From Candidatus Daviesbacteria bacterium (lineage in GTDB: Bacteria; Patescibacteriota; Microgenomatia; Daviesbacterales; UBA10151), in NCBI GenBank assembly GCA_016183245.1, contig JACPEY010000011.1, positions 5,568 through 69,567 of the forward strand: DNA of 64,000 bases, read 5' to 3'. The notes below the pieces were generated by a model. It had not been told where the DNA came from, did not search any database, and worked only from the letters and a program-made list of their open reading frames with translations. How positions within the stretch are numbered: position 1 is the stretch's first letter; each line of letters opens with the position of its first letter. Shown piece after piece: positions 1-10,323 of the stretch. The position numbers and the translations under genes were made by a program.

Positions 1-172
1 GTATTGTATTAACAGGCTGGGATGTCGCATCGGGAATAGCAGGGGTCGTATCTACCAGGACTATCTTCTTGTTTGCGGTAAAGCCATTTATTTTACTGCC
101 TGTAAAAACTCCCCAATAAACTACGCACAAGAAGGCTATAAAAAATGTGGTCAAGGAAGACAGATTCTTCAT
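1..172 (-). CDS. Membrane-anchored hypothetical protein (partial, runs off window)
   Basis: ATG at 172 overlaps the TGA of the upstream oxidoreductase (ATGA). Translates MKNLSSLTTFFIAFLCVVYWGVFTG..., open to the window edge. Confidence 0.6.
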   Translation of the reverse strand, partial: MKNLSSLTTFFIAFLCVVYWGVFTGSKINGFTANKKIVLVDTTPAIPDATSQPVNTI

Positions 173-1461
173 TTATAACTAAAATCTTCATATATAATGT
201 TTTTTGCAGGAATACTCATTCTTTTAAGTTGTCCGGCAAGATCTTCCATCATCAGTTTTGGGCCGCACAGAAAATAGAGTTTATCCTTAAGTTCTCCAAG
301 AGTATTTCTTATCATTTCTACGTTTAGCCTTCCACCTTTTTCGGTATGAATTACGTTTAAAGATAAGTTTTTTTCAATATATGAAATATTCTCCAGCTCC
401 CGCTGAAACAAAGCAGTCTGCCAGTTTTTGACTGAATAGAACAGGTGCAGATTTTTTACCAGCGGGAGTTTTGCGTCTTTCAGATAATGTAACATGCCTA
501 AAAATGGTGTTATGCCAATTCCTCCAGCTACGCAAACTGCATCTTTTCTGCCGAAAAAACGCTCACAAAACCTGCCGTAGGGTCCCATTAATATTGCCTT
601 CTCCCCTATTTTTAGAGTCTTGAGTTGGGTAGTAAAATCACCGGAGGTTTTTATTGCCAGACGAATACTGTTTTCAGAAGGTGAAGAGGCAATAGAGAAA
701 GGATGGAATTCTTTTCTTACACCTATGCTGTTAAAGCGGACATACGCAAACTGTCCGGGCAGAAACGGCATCTTTTTATTGCAGGGTGCAATAGTTAAAA
801 CTACCACATCTTCAGAATAAACCTTGAGAGTTTCAACCTGATATTCAAAACGCGGACCTATGATCGGGTAAAGAAGGGCCTTATAGATCCAGGAGACATA
901 AGCTATAGCAGTATGTAATATTAAAAAGATGGTTAAAGGAAGATATCTTGAAGAGTCTGAGGAGATAAGCAGCATATGTACTACCCCCAAGCTGAAAGGG
1001 ATAATAAAAAAGCTTTGGATCCGAACAAACCATTGGTAATCAATTGCCAGATATAAAATAGCACTTAAGACAAAACACATTGACCATAGGCTTAATATGC
1101 CTAAATTATATGAAAGTGTTTTACCGGGGAATAGCAGCATAGAAAGTATTGAGGTATTTTGAATATAGTTGAAGACCAGGAAAATAAAATGGGTGATAAT
1201 TAAGATAAAACTTAACCTGCCGCTTATCTGATGGAGTTTGTAAATTTTATCCAACCCGCCGAAGATATTTTCTAAAAATGAGAACCTGCTTGAAAGAAGA
1301 AAAGCATAAGAAAAAAGTATCATCCCAAAAAGTGCAGAAATTTGGGCTACAGCTAAAACAGGCTTTCGGATTAGTACCGAAGGATCATCCTTAGCAAACA
1401 CAAAAAGGATAAAAGTAAACAGTAAAGATAGCGAGATTAAAAAGATCCCTTTTTTTTGCAT
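169..1461 (-). CDS. Ferric-reductase-like transmembrane FAD/NAD(P)-binding oxidoreductase
   Basis: N-terminal TM helices with His residues, HPFSIAS FAD motif, GPYG, AGGIGITPF, LCGP and terminal EDF. Confidence 0.9.
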   Translation of the reverse strand: MQKKGIFLISLSLLFTFILFVFAKDDPSVLIRKPVLAVAQISALFGMILFSYAFLLSSRFSFLENIFGGLDKIYKLHQISGRLSFILIITHFIFLVFNYIQNTSILSMLLFPGKTLSYNLGILSLWSMCFVLSAILYLAIDYQWFVRIQSFFIIPFSLGVVHMLLISSDSSRYLPLTIFLILHTAIAYVSWIYKALLYPIIGPRFEYQVETLKVYSEDVVVLTIAPCNKKMPFLPGQFAYVRFNSIGVRKEFHPFSIASSPSENSIRLAIKTSGDFTTQLKTLKIGEKAILMGPYGRFCERFFGRKDAVCVAGGIGITPFLGMLHYLKDAKLPLVKNLHLFYSVKNWQTALFQRELENISYIEKNLSLNVIHTEKGGRLNVEMIRNTLGELKDKLYFLCGPKLMMEDLAGQLKRMSIPAKNIIYEDFSYK

Positions 1462-1793
1462 TATTTTAGAGCTCCGATAACTTTATATTTGTGTTTGATA
1501 ATGGACCCGCCTACCAGATGAAGAGGCCCGCTTGAATCCTTACCAGCCAAATTATGATAGGCTCCTCCTGGCTGATAAAACTCTTTTCCTTCTGTCACAT
1601 CATAAACAAAGCCGTCCAGCGCAAGGTAAATAGGTTTGTCCGGGTTACTGCCGTCAAATTCCTTCAGCTGCTCGGCGGTAAACTGCGGTAAGATGGAGGA
1701 AGTAGTTACAGCAGGAGCAGGAGTTGTCATTCTAAGTCCAAAAATAGTGCCAAACACGGATAAAACAAACACTGCGATAAATATCCTCCTCAT
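1461..1793 (-). CDS. Cytochrome b5-like heme/steroid-binding protein (MAPR type)
   Basis: FTAEQLKEFDG...IYLALDGFVYDVT...FY.PGG.Y...AGKD signature and N-terminal anchor. Confidence 0.85.
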   Translation of the reverse strand: MRRIFIAVFVLSVFGTIFGLRMTTPAPAVTTSSILPQFTAEQLKEFDGSNPDKPIYLALDGFVYDVTEGKEFYQPGGAYHNLAGKDSSGPLHLVGGSIIKHKYKVIGALK

Positions 1794-1906
1794 CTTTACT
1801 GATTATTTTACAAAATATAAGATTAAAAACAGATTAAGAAAAAGATCTTTATAAGAGATACATTAATTTGCTCTTACGCTCTGCGAATGATATTATACGC
1901 ACTAAT

Positions 1907-2731
1907 ATGTCAAATCCAAAAAGTCCTGAGGGAGGCAAAAGAGAACCGTATAATGCAAGTCTTCCAGCTGGACACGGTAAGTGGAGAAAAGAAGTTTCAG
2001 ATGATGAATTGCCTACAGAGGAAGAATTGCAGAAGTTGATATATGGTGATCCACCACTAGCAGCTTTCACTCAAGATAATTCGGATCAAGAAGGTGGTTT
2101 GGTAACATTCCCAGGAAGTGGTTTCCTGCCTTTTGCTCCTGGAACCCGTCGCCCCACTAGTGCTCTTGGTGGACATCGTTGGTCTTGGACTGAACGTGCT
2201 ACAGAAAATCCTTCTGTAGTTCAACCTTCTAAAGAAGATACGGGATTTAGAGAACCAAGAAGAATCAATGAGATAAGGCCAGAAGAGATAGAAACATATT
2301 TGGCTGTACCAGGTTGGCGTATTTGGGTGAGACGTCATTCCGATACCCAAGAATTCTGTTTAAGTGCCCAAGAAGCTGGAGCAAGAGAATTATCCTTAAC
2401 AACTGATGTGTATGGTAAAGGTTATGATCCAATACATTCCAAACTTGAAGCTATTGATAGACAACTACATCCTAATGGTCCAAGATTGCCATTTGGGTAC
2501 AGAAGTTCTATTTGTACCACATACCTACCATGGTATATTCTAGAGCCTTTAACTGCAGATGAAGTGAAGACTATTGACGAATTAGGGGAAGCTTCAGGTC
2601 CAGCAAGTTCTATTGATAGAGCGGCAGAAATCTTGAGACCAGATGAATTAAAAAAGATCTTAGAAGAACCAGATATTCCTTCGTCTAGGAATCGGTTCCG
2701 TCCTATTCAATTTCCGCCAGCAACGATATAA
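1907..2731 (+). CDS. Hypothetical protein
   Basis: Long ORF with likely ATG at 1907 and no recognisable motif. Confidence 0.6.
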   Translation: MSNPKSPEGGKREPYNASLPAGHGKWRKEVSDDELPTEEELQKLIYGDPPLAAFTQDNSDQEGGLVTFPGSGFLPFAPGTRRPTSALGGHRWSWTERATENPSVVQPSKEDTGFREPRRINEIRPEEIETYLAVPGWRIWVRRHSDTQEFCLSAQEAGARELSLTTDVYGKGYDPIHSKLEAIDRQLHPNGPRLPFGYRSSICTTYLPWYILEPLTADEVKTIDELGEASGPASSIDRAAEILRPDELKKILEEPDIPSSRNRFRPIQFPPATI

Positions 2732-2742
2732 TCCTTAAAATA

Positions 2743-2772
2743 TGTCAATACAAATCCACCCCCCCCAGGTGG
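2743..2772 (-). repeat. Truncated copy of the 35-bp RAYT-associated element (family A)
   Basis: TGTCAATACAAATCCACCCCCCCCAGGTGG matches 38564-38592 (TGTCAATAGAAATCCACCCCCCAGGTGG). Confidence 0.85.
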
Positions 2773-2839
2773 AAAATATGAATTTGGGGTACAAATATAT
2801 GTTTCGTTTAAGGTAGTAAGAGATTGCAAAGTGAAAATT

Positions 2840-4702
2840 TTAGAATACATTATCGAATCTTTTGTGAGTCATAACTTCTTCTAAAATTACTGCTTTTGTT
2901 TTTGGGTTAATATAGTAAACTGTTCTTAGCTTCTCAGAAAATTGTTTATTTCCAAAAGGTAATCTTCTGGTGTCGCCCCGGAAACTTCGAAGCGACATTT
3001 TTTGACCGTTTTCAAAAATAGCAGATGCACTCTTTATTTTATAAGTCCCGGAACCAAAAGGATCTTCCTGCAGCGATTCAAGTATGAGTTTTATATCGCT
3101 TCTTAACCTCTGATCTCCAGGTATTAAATCGTTTGCAATTTCTTCTGCAAGAAGTCCTATATCTTGAATTTCAACTGTCTGACCGTGATAAATCAGCGCA
3201 TAATTTTCTTTTTCTTCTTGTTCGTGGGGTAAGGATTCAGTTGAAAGATCAGGCATTTCCTGACGGCCAGTAATAAGTGCAATAGACCTGAATGCTCGTC
3301 TCTTAGGAGATTTAGAAACATGCTTTATGGAATCTGATTCCTGGCTGGGAGAAGCAGGCATTGAAGGGGTATATCGTGGAAGCGGTTTGAATTCCACTAG
3401 AGGATTTCCTGTTCTGGCTTCTCTAAGAACAGGAGTTAATAAGTTCTGTATTAATAGATTGGCTGAAGCAGAATTGTCTTTCTGGAGTTGAGGAGGAACC
3501 CCAAGAAGTTGGCCATTTTGAACTAAATCTAAAGTAACAAAAACTTGTTCATCTTCAGTTATACCCACAATAGTGAGAGTTTTACCATATAGCGCTCCTA
3601 CTAAAATTTCATTAAAAAAAATATCTGTCTGGATTGGTATCCTGAGAAATCCATCTTTTGAAGCTTGAGCAGCACCTCTCAGATGTTTGTGATATAAGAC
3701 GGTAGCTTTTATTAGAGTTTCTGTTGTAGTATTTAAAGATGTCTTTTCAGCTTGACTCATTTTTGTCTGATCACGGTATGTTTGGCGTAGTATTTTAGCT
3801 AGTTTGGCTTCAGATCCTGGATTGGTATATTGGTACTTAGCGATTGCTTGGGGTATTTGTGCGGGGGACATGGTTTGCAAAAGAGATGTCATTGTGTGGA
3901 AGAAACCACTATTTCGTATGAAATGTCTAAATATTGAAGGGTTTAGGTTTTCCGTATGGGCATCGATCAGGCGGTAAGTAGATGAGGGTGTAATGTGAAG
4001 CCTAGCCGGGATAAAGCTAAGTAGCGCCCAGGGTAAATGATTTCCAGGTACCATCTTCAGCATAAAAAAGGGGGACTCATCTTTTTGATCATAGTTTAAA
4101 GCCCAGGCAGTGTAATACTCCCAATAATTTTTAAGCCTTTGTATTAATAGTCTTGCCTGATCTGAAATGGGAACTTTAGGGAAGAGCGTTGCTTGAGTAG
4201 CTGCTAAGTTAACCACACTTTGGATATAGAATGTTGGATCCCGGGGTTGACCTTCTTTTGTCTGGACTGGCTTAGTCCATTTATCAATCATTCGATCGAT
4301 TCGGGTAATATCCCTCGTACTCAAAGGAAGAGACATCTGACTTATATCTTTTAGAGAAGTGCCGTTGACCCGAAAGACTAGAGGATTGGCAGCAATATTT
4401 TTTTCTACACAAGCTTTTGTTGCACTCCATGAGCCCCCAGAAGTTACCAGAGGCATGCTATCTAGAAGTCGTTTGGTATCATCTAGGTATCCGGTATAGC
4501 CTGCCCATTGTGAGATTGTATGTAACAAAGTTGGCGGTCTGCTATAAACCCCAAGGTAATAATTGCCATCATCTTCCCTTATAGCTTGGTCCCATTGCCT
4601 AACAGTTTCTTGGATATTTCTCTCGAAAGTATTTAAACAAGTGATATATCTAATGGCTTGATGACTTTTGGCTTGATGACTTTGATTTTTAGTTCTCTCC
4701 AT
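2840..4702 (-). CDS. Hypothetical protein, possible C-terminal RelE/ParE-like domain
   Basis: 620-aa ORF. The C-terminus (LQEDPFG...LRTVYYI...VILEEVMTH) resembles the RelE fold pattern. Confidence 0.6.
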   Translation of the reverse strand: MERTKNQSHQAKSHQAIRYITCLNTFERNIQETVRQWDQAIREDDGNYYLGVYSRPPTLLHTISQWAGYTGYLDDTKRLLDSMPLVTSGGSWSATKACVEKNIAANPLVFRVNGTSLKDISQMSLPLSTRDITRIDRMIDKWTKPVQTKEGQPRDPTFYIQSVVNLAATQATLFPKVPISDQARLLIQRLKNYWEYYTAWALNYDQKDESPFFMLKMVPGNHLPWALLSFIPARLHITPSSTYRLIDAHTENLNPSIFRHFIRNSGFFHTMTSLLQTMSPAQIPQAIAKYQYTNPGSEAKLAKILRQTYRDQTKMSQAEKTSLNTTTETLIKATVLYHKHLRGAAQASKDGFLRIPIQTDIFFNEILVGALYGKTLTIVGITEDEQVFVTLDLVQNGQLLGVPPQLQKDNSASANLLIQNLLTPVLREARTGNPLVEFKPLPRYTPSMPASPSQESDSIKHVSKSPKRRAFRSIALITGRQEMPDLSTESLPHEQEEKENYALIYHGQTVEIQDIGLLAEEIANDLIPGDQRLRSDIKLILESLQEDPFGSGTYKIKSASAIFENGQKMSLRSFRGDTRRLPFGNKQFSEKLRTVYYINPKTKAVILEEVMTHKRFDNVF

Positions 4703-4765
4703 AGGCTAAAAATTATATCAGTTTAGACCTATAATATCAAATAATCGCATTCAGAGGCAAAAAAT

Positions 4766-5551
4766 TTAGAAAAAATTGTTCTGGTATAAAAACTTGGCGA
4801 TTTTTTCACTGATAAAATAAACTCCGGTTGGGGAAGGGTGAATAAAATCATTGGAATTTATATAATCAATATTTCCCGTGCCGTTTTTATCAAGTGACTG
4901 CTCGTAGATATTTACTAAGGGGATATTATGTATCTTTGCATATTTTATATGGTTTTTAATGTAAGAGACCCGTTCTTCTGCCCACTCCCGTCTTTTTTCA
5001 TCAGTTAAATTCGTTGTTCCTTCAGCATATCTTTCGTTGTTAGGAGCAATGGTAGCTACAAATACAATACTTGATTTAGGATGTTTTTGGGTAATTGAGG
5101 CAATAATTTTATCTAAAGCCTCTTCTTGTAATTTCAGCCCTTCTTCCAAAGGATATTCTGAAAGGGGATTGTGGCCAAAAGATTCAATTAAAATCAGGTC
5201 AAAGGGAATATTATTAATTGCCTGGAAAATTCTGCCTGCATGATCGCTGTCTCTTTCCAGCCTGTCTAAAACAGACAAGATATTTGTTGAGCCAAAACCA
5301 TAATTTAAGAGCAGGAATTTTTTATCAGGAAAAAATTTCTTTAAGTAACCTCTGAGTTCATCAAAATTTCCTAAATACTCCGTCATAGAATCCCCCACAA
5401 AAACAATAGTAGGATTGGGGTTTTTTGATTGGGTAATGCCAAGTGTTGTCTTTCGCTCAGGTATTTGTTTTTGAAAAAAATAAATAGTTGCAAAAAGGGG
5501 AATCAGGGAAATGAAGATTAAGATAAGGATAAATTTTTTTCTTTTTAGCAT
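4766..5551 (-). CDS. SGNH/GDSL hydrolase, membrane anchored
   Basis: VFVGDSMT block I and DFIHPS block V. Confidence 0.85.
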   Translation of the reverse strand: MLKRKKFILILIFISLIPLFATIYFFQKQIPERKTTLGITQSKNPNPTIVFVGDSMTEYLGNFDELRGYLKKFFPDKKFLLLNYGFGSTNILSVLDRLERDSDHAGRIFQAINNIPFDLILIESFGHNPLSEYPLEEGLKLQEEALDKIIASITQKHPKSSIVFVATIAPNNERYAEGTTNLTDEKRREWAEERVSYIKNHIKYAKIHNIPLVNIYEQSLDKNGTGNIDYINSNDFIHPSPTGVYFISEKIAKFLYQNNFF

Positions 5552-5575
5552 GAGTATTAACAATAATACCAAAAA

Positions 5576-7651
5576 TCATAATGGGATATTTTTCTGGGAA
5601 GCGCTGGGGGAAGGACGCGGTGAGGGATTGGGTTTTACCGGAATGCAGCCCTTTTCAGGTTCAGTGCTTTTGACATAATATTCCGTGGCAGAAGGTGTGG
5701 CTACTTTGGTAAGATCTACACCGCATGGGCCAATTTTTATTATACCCTCAGGAGGCTTAAATTCTTCTTGAGGTGTTCCTTTTGTAAATTCTTCCATTAA
5801 ATCTTTCCAGATAGGCGCTGCCCCTAAAGATCCGGCTATACCGTCCATAGGTTCGTTATAGTTATTTCCCACCCACACGCCTACAACTAAGCCGGGGGTA
5901 TAGCCAATTGTCCAGGCATCTTTAAAATCTTCAGTTGTGCCGGTTTTGACTGCAGCCGGCCGTGAGATATTTAAAGTATTGCCAAACACTTCTGCCCGGG
6001 TTTTATTATCAGACAGTATTGAAGATATTAAGAAAGCATATTTTTCGTTCACTACTTGTCTGGTATCAGGTTCATACCTGTAGATTAAATCGCCTCTTTT
6101 ATTTATAATTTCCAAAACAGCAGTCGGATTATTCCTGTATCCGTTATTTGCAAATACAGCATAAGCATTGGTAAGTTCCAAAAGTTTGACTTCACCTGCA
6201 CCTAAAACCAGTGATAAACCATAATCTGCAGGGTTTCTTAAGGTAGTGATGCCTAAATTCTTTGCCGAATCCAAAGCTTTCTCTATGCCTAATTTTTTAA
6301 GTACTGCTACAGATGGGATGTTTAAAGAATTTGCTAAAGCCCGTCTTACACTTACTGGTCCTCTGAACTTGCGGTCAAAATCTACAGGTTTATAAAAAGC
6401 ATTCGGGTCTTTTGCAAGCGAAGCTAAAGCAGCAGTCCGGGTCGGGAATGAAGCAAAAAATTTATCTTCATCAAAATTTGCAAAAGTAGTAGGTTCGTCT
6501 TTTAAGACAGTGGCCGGTGTAATAAGGCTGTCTTCAAATGCTTTGATATAGACAATAGGTTTAAAAGCAGATCCCGGCGGCCGCGGAGAGAGGGCAATAT
6601 TGACTTTACCAAAAATGTCATTATTCCAGTCTTTGCTGCCAACCATGGCTTTGATTTCAGCAGTTTTGGGATCTAAAACTACGGCTGCACCGTTTGAAGC
6701 ACGGTTTACCCGAAGTGTTTCTACATGTTTTGCGACCGCGTTTTCAGCATACTTTTGCCAATCTAAATCAATGGTAGTTTTAACTTTAAAACCAGCCCTG
6801 GCTATAACTTCTTCCCCGTATTGCCTGATAAGTTCATCCCTTACCATGATGGCAAAGTGGGGGGCAGTATTGTTTAAGTCGTTTTGATGGAGTTTGATTT
6901 CCAAATTTTCTTCCAAAGCCTCATCTTTTTGTTGAACAGTTATAAATTTTTGCTCTACCATCCTTTCCAGGACAATTCTTTGTCTGTTTTTAACTTCGTT
7001 TAGATTCCCGTTTAATAAAGAAAGGCGGGAAGGGGCAGGCAGGATTGATGCTAAAGCAGCGCTTTGGGCCAGGTTTAAATCACTTGCCTGTTTGTCAAAA
7101 TAAGTATTGGCTGCTTCTTCTATCCCAAAAGACCCTTCACCAAAATAAACTGAATTTAGATACATCTCCAGGATCTGGTTTTTGGAGTATCTTCTTTCAA
7201 GCTCCTGGGCTAAAATTATTTCCTGGTATTTCCGTAAAATTTCCTTTCTGGGATTAAGGAGGGAATTTTTAACAAGCTGCTGGGTAATGGTTGAAGCGCC
7301 GTACGAAAGGTTTTTCCCCTGAAGGTTATCAAAAAAAGCACGGGCAATGGAAAGTGGTGAAAATCCCGGGTGGGAGTAAAAATTTTTGTCTTCGGCAGCA
7401 ATGATGGCAAGCTGGGTAACTTTGGGGATATCAGATAATAAAATTTGCTTTTTAAGCTTGGCATCATAGAATGTAAAAAAGGGGCGGTTTTTAGTATCGA
7501 ATAATTTAAGTCCGGTGTCGTTATGGTTTATCAGGGTTTCTTTGGGAGCCAGTTCTGAAGCAAAATGAAGGTATGTAAAAATTGTTACGGAACACACAAA
7601 TATAGTGATGCCGAAAAAAGCTGCTAAAAGATCATGGCGTAACCACCTCAT
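5576..7651 (-). CDS. Class A penicillin-binding protein (PBP1A family)
   Basis: EDKNFYSH and GASTITQQLVKN transglycosylase motifs; SAFK, SLN and KTGT transpeptidase motifs. Confidence 0.95.
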   Translation of the reverse strand: MRWLRHDLLAAFFGITIFVCSVTIFTYLHFASELAPKETLINHNDTGLKLFDTKNRPFFTFYDAKLKKQILLSDIPKVTQLAIIAAEDKNFYSHPGFSPLSIARAFFDNLQGKNLSYGASTITQQLVKNSLLNPRKEILRKYQEIILAQELERRYSKNQILEMYLNSVYFGEGSFGIEEAANTYFDKQASDLNLAQSAALASILPAPSRLSLLNGNLNEVKNRQRIVLERMVEQKFITVQQKDEALEENLEIKLHQNDLNNTAPHFAIMVRDELIRQYGEEVIARAGFKVKTTIDLDWQKYAENAVAKHVETLRVNRASNGAAVVLDPKTAEIKAMVGSKDWNNDIFGKVNIALSPRPPGSAFKPIVYIKAFEDSLITPATVLKDEPTTFANFDEDKFFASFPTRTAALASLAKDPNAFYKPVDFDRKFRGPVSVRRALANSLNIPSVAVLKKLGIEKALDSAKNLGITTLRNPADYGLSLVLGAGEVKLLELTNAYAVFANNGYRNNPTAVLEIINKRGDLIYRYEPDTRQVVNEKYAFLISSILSDNKTRAEVFGNTLNISRPAAVKTGTTEDFKDAWTIGYTPGLVVGVWVGNNYNEPMDGIAGSLGAAPIWKDLMEEFTKGTPQEEFKPPEGIIKIGPCGVDLTKVATPSATEYYVKSTEPEKGCIPVKPNPSPRPSPSASQKNIPL

Positions 7652-7717
7652 GTATCAAGCTTAATCAGTTTTTGTGGAAAAAATATGAGAATATCCAGAG
7701 AAATGTGTAAGAGCTGG

Positions 7718-8746
7718 TTATTTGAAATATTTCCAGGTTTCGTATTTGCTCTGTAGTTGGTCTTCGGTGACACCTACTGGTTTGAGTCCGGCAACTTTAT
7801 TAAATCCCAAGTCCAAAAGCTCGGCTGTCCACAGGTCCCTTTCTAAAACTCCCGGGGCCCCTAACAAAACTGCTAAAATTTTGCTGCCTTCTCTTTCCGA
7901 CACCACAATTGTAGAGTGGCCTGCTTTTCCTGTATTGCCAATTTTTACTCCCGAAACATTAGGGTAAACACCTATCAGTCCGTTCCAGTTATTTAAATAA
8001 AACCTTAAATCAGTGGCATTTTTGGTTAAGTCCTCAAAGGGTTTTGATACGATTTGGGCAATTTCCGGGTATTCCTTTAATGCGTAAGCGGAGAGCGTGG
8101 TTAAGTCTTCCGTGCTGCTGAAATGATTGCTGTCATCATAACCTTCGGCATTGGTAAAATGGGTGTTTTTCAGGCCTAAAATTTGGGCCTTTAAATTCAT
8201 AGCTTTAATAAAAGTTCCTGGTTCATACTTTAAATCTATTCCTTCTTTAATTACTTCAGCGCTGTCATTGGCAGAAGATATCAGCATATGTTTTAAAAGA
8301 TCCAAAATACTAAATACCTCTCCTTCTTTCAGCATTACTTTAGTCGGAATTTGAGATGCAGCTTTTTCTGAAACGCTAAATTTCTCATCTGGTTTTGTCA
8401 GGTCAAGCGCCACAATTGCTGTCATAATTTTTGTAAGTGATGCAACAGGCAGCCTTTTTGATGGATTTTTAGCGGTAATGATTTGCCCGCTGCTCAAATC
8501 TGCCACAGTATAGGCTCGGGCCTCTTCATAATCAGACCCGGCAAAAACAGCAGAAATTAGTTGTTTTTTGATTTGAAAATAATTCTGTCTGGTTTCGAGT
8601 TTAGTTTTAACCTGTTCTAAAATACCAACAGGTTTTGGCATGGGGTTAATAAGTCTTTTACTAATCCCAAGATGAGGCATAACCACCATTAAAAAAGTCA
8701 AAAGCAGACCGGTAGAAAATATTCTGATAGATCTTGTTGTAAGCAT
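7718..8746 (-). CDS. D-alanyl-D-alanine carboxypeptidase (peptidase S11)
   Basis: ASLTK (SxxK), SAN (SxN), KIG in place of KTG. Confidence 0.9.
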   Translation of the reverse strand: MLTTRSIRIFSTGLLLTFLMVVMPHLGISKRLINPMPKPVGILEQVKTKLETRQNYFQIKKQLISAVFAGSDYEEARAYTVADLSSGQIITAKNPSKRLPVASLTKIMTAIVALDLTKPDEKFSVSEKAASQIPTKVMLKEGEVFSILDLLKHMLISSANDSAEVIKEGIDLKYEPGTFIKAMNLKAQILGLKNTHFTNAEGYDDSNHFSSTEDLTTLSAYALKEYPEIAQIVSKPFEDLTKNATDLRFYLNNWNGLIGVYPNVSGVKIGNTGKAGHSTIVVSEREGSKILAVLLGAPGVLERDLWTAELLDLGFNKVAGLKPVGVTEDQLQSKYETWKYFK

Positions 8747-10308
8747 TAGTTATCGTATTTTAACGCCATTCGGGCAATAGAATATCCGTTGTAGTCAGGA
8801 TTTACCGGTGTCCTTGCTGCTATAAAGTTACCGTTGCTTGCCAGATTTGCTACATTGTTGTCTTTGAAAAAAGCTGCCAGGATTTTGGCTGATACTTCCG
8901 GATCCAGAGCAAGATCCGGCTCTTTAACCAGCCTATCTCCCAAACCGATTCTTTCTCCAATCTCCCGGTAATTGCGAAGGTGGGTGATTTGAATAAACCC
9001 CCGGCCAAAATAGTTTGCTCCTCCTTCATAACCGAACCGTCTGGCATTTACTGTTCCCTGTATTTCTTTAATAGGTTGGAAGGTTTCATCGGTTTCGTGT
9101 TCTACAGTTGCCAGAGCATAGGCTAAAACGTTGGAATCCAAAATGCCTTCTTTTGCTAAAGCATCAGCAATTATAGGGATATTAGTTCTGGCTGCCTCTT
9201 TCCCCTTTTGGGGTACGCCGGCAACTAACTGTTCAACGGCATTTTGGTCGAGCTGGACCGGTGCCGGTTTCTTATTGTCTTCCATTTCTGGTTGACGGTT
9301 GGGGATATAAAGAGGATAGTTGTGGCCGTTGCCATACCAGGCTCTTTCCATGACCAGTTTGTTTGCAGGAACCTTAAGTTGCAGATTAGCCAGTAGATTT
9401 GAAATATTTGCAAAATACTCATGCTCGTTATAGCCGAATACCGGATTTGATGGTTTAGTGTTTTTGGCCTCGGGAACGATAAAATTTGAGGCTATCAGGA
9501 AAATCCGGTCGCTTACACGGCCTAAAGCTTCTATATTATAAAGTGATTCACGATTGGTATGGATGCTGGGAACAGCTACAGCTACCTGAGTGTGTGGTAA
9601 CTCCAAATGGAGCTTGTCAGTTAAGAGTTTAATAAAGCCGGTGAATTTTTCCTGATAATTTTTTCCTCCACTGCCGGGCAGTTCGAAATCTATAGTGATA
9701 CCGTCAATATTGGAATTCCTGATTTCTTCTGCAGCCTGGTTCGCTAAGGCCTGTTGTGCATTTGGGTTGTCCAAAAGGTTTTGAATAATATCCTGGCTTA
9801 AGGCGGATAAAGTCAGGAAAATTTTGGTTTTCTGATAACGGGCCCGGTCAAAAAGATCTGCAGACGCACCTGAAATAAAAGACTGGTAGCCCCTGGAATA
9901 ATAATTCATCTCTCCGGTATCTGATAAAGGCACATCAAAAAAAGACAGGTGGGTTAGGCCGTTAAGGTCTATAGCAGGAAATTTATTGGGTGCCAGATCC
10001 GGAATAAAAGCAAAGGTTTCCTTAGTAGTGGTAGCGGGGGCAGTAGAGTACAGAGAGTGCAATGAAGAAGCTAAAGGAGATATGAGTCTTTGGGCGGGCT
10101 GCTTTATGCTAATAAGTACCGCAATTATCAGAATCAAATCTAGGATAGTGGCCAGCTTATACTTTGCTTTTTTTGGTCCTAAAAGTCCCTTTGCCTGTCG
10201 GAAAAGTTGGAAGAAAAGGCGTATGGCTTTCTTGGTTGTTGCCGGCAGTAAATACGTCATTACCTGGAAGAAAAATTCTTCTAAAGCCTGAAGTGCGGAT
10301 ACTAACAA
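8746..10308 (-). CDS. GH18 plus GH19-like glycoside hydrolase fusion
   Basis: DGITIDFE (GH18 DxxDxDxE-like) followed by ATVEHET...YFGRGFIQITHLRNY (GH19-like). Confidence 0.8.
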   Translation of the reverse strand: MLVSALQALEEFFFQVMTYLLPATTKKAIRLFFQLFRQAKGLLGPKKAKYKLATILDLILIIAVLISIKQPAQRLISPLASSLHSLYSTAPATTTKETFAFIPDLAPNKFPAIDLNGLTHLSFFDVPLSDTGEMNYYSRGYQSFISGASADLFDRARYQKTKIFLTLSALSQDIIQNLLDNPNAQQALANQAAEEIRNSNIDGITIDFELPGSGGKNYQEKFTGFIKLLTDKLHLELPHTQVAVAVPSIHTNRESLYNIEALGRVSDRIFLIASNFIVPEAKNTKPSNPVFGYNEHEYFANISNLLANLQLKVPANKLVMERAWYGNGHNYPLYIPNRQPEMEDNKKPAPVQLDQNAVEQLVAGVPQKGKEAARTNIPIIADALAKEGILDSNVLAYALATVEHETDETFQPIKEIQGTVNARRFGYEGGANYFGRGFIQITHLRNYREIGERIGLGDRLVKEPDLALDPEVSAKILAAFFKDNNVANLASNGNFIAARTPVNPDYNGYSIARMALKYDN

Positions 10309-10323
10309 AAATGAAGAGGCTTG

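Noticed and set aside
4654-4684. 15-bp tandem repeat (SHQAK twice)
   Set aside because: An isolated in-frame duplication in a disordered N-terminus.
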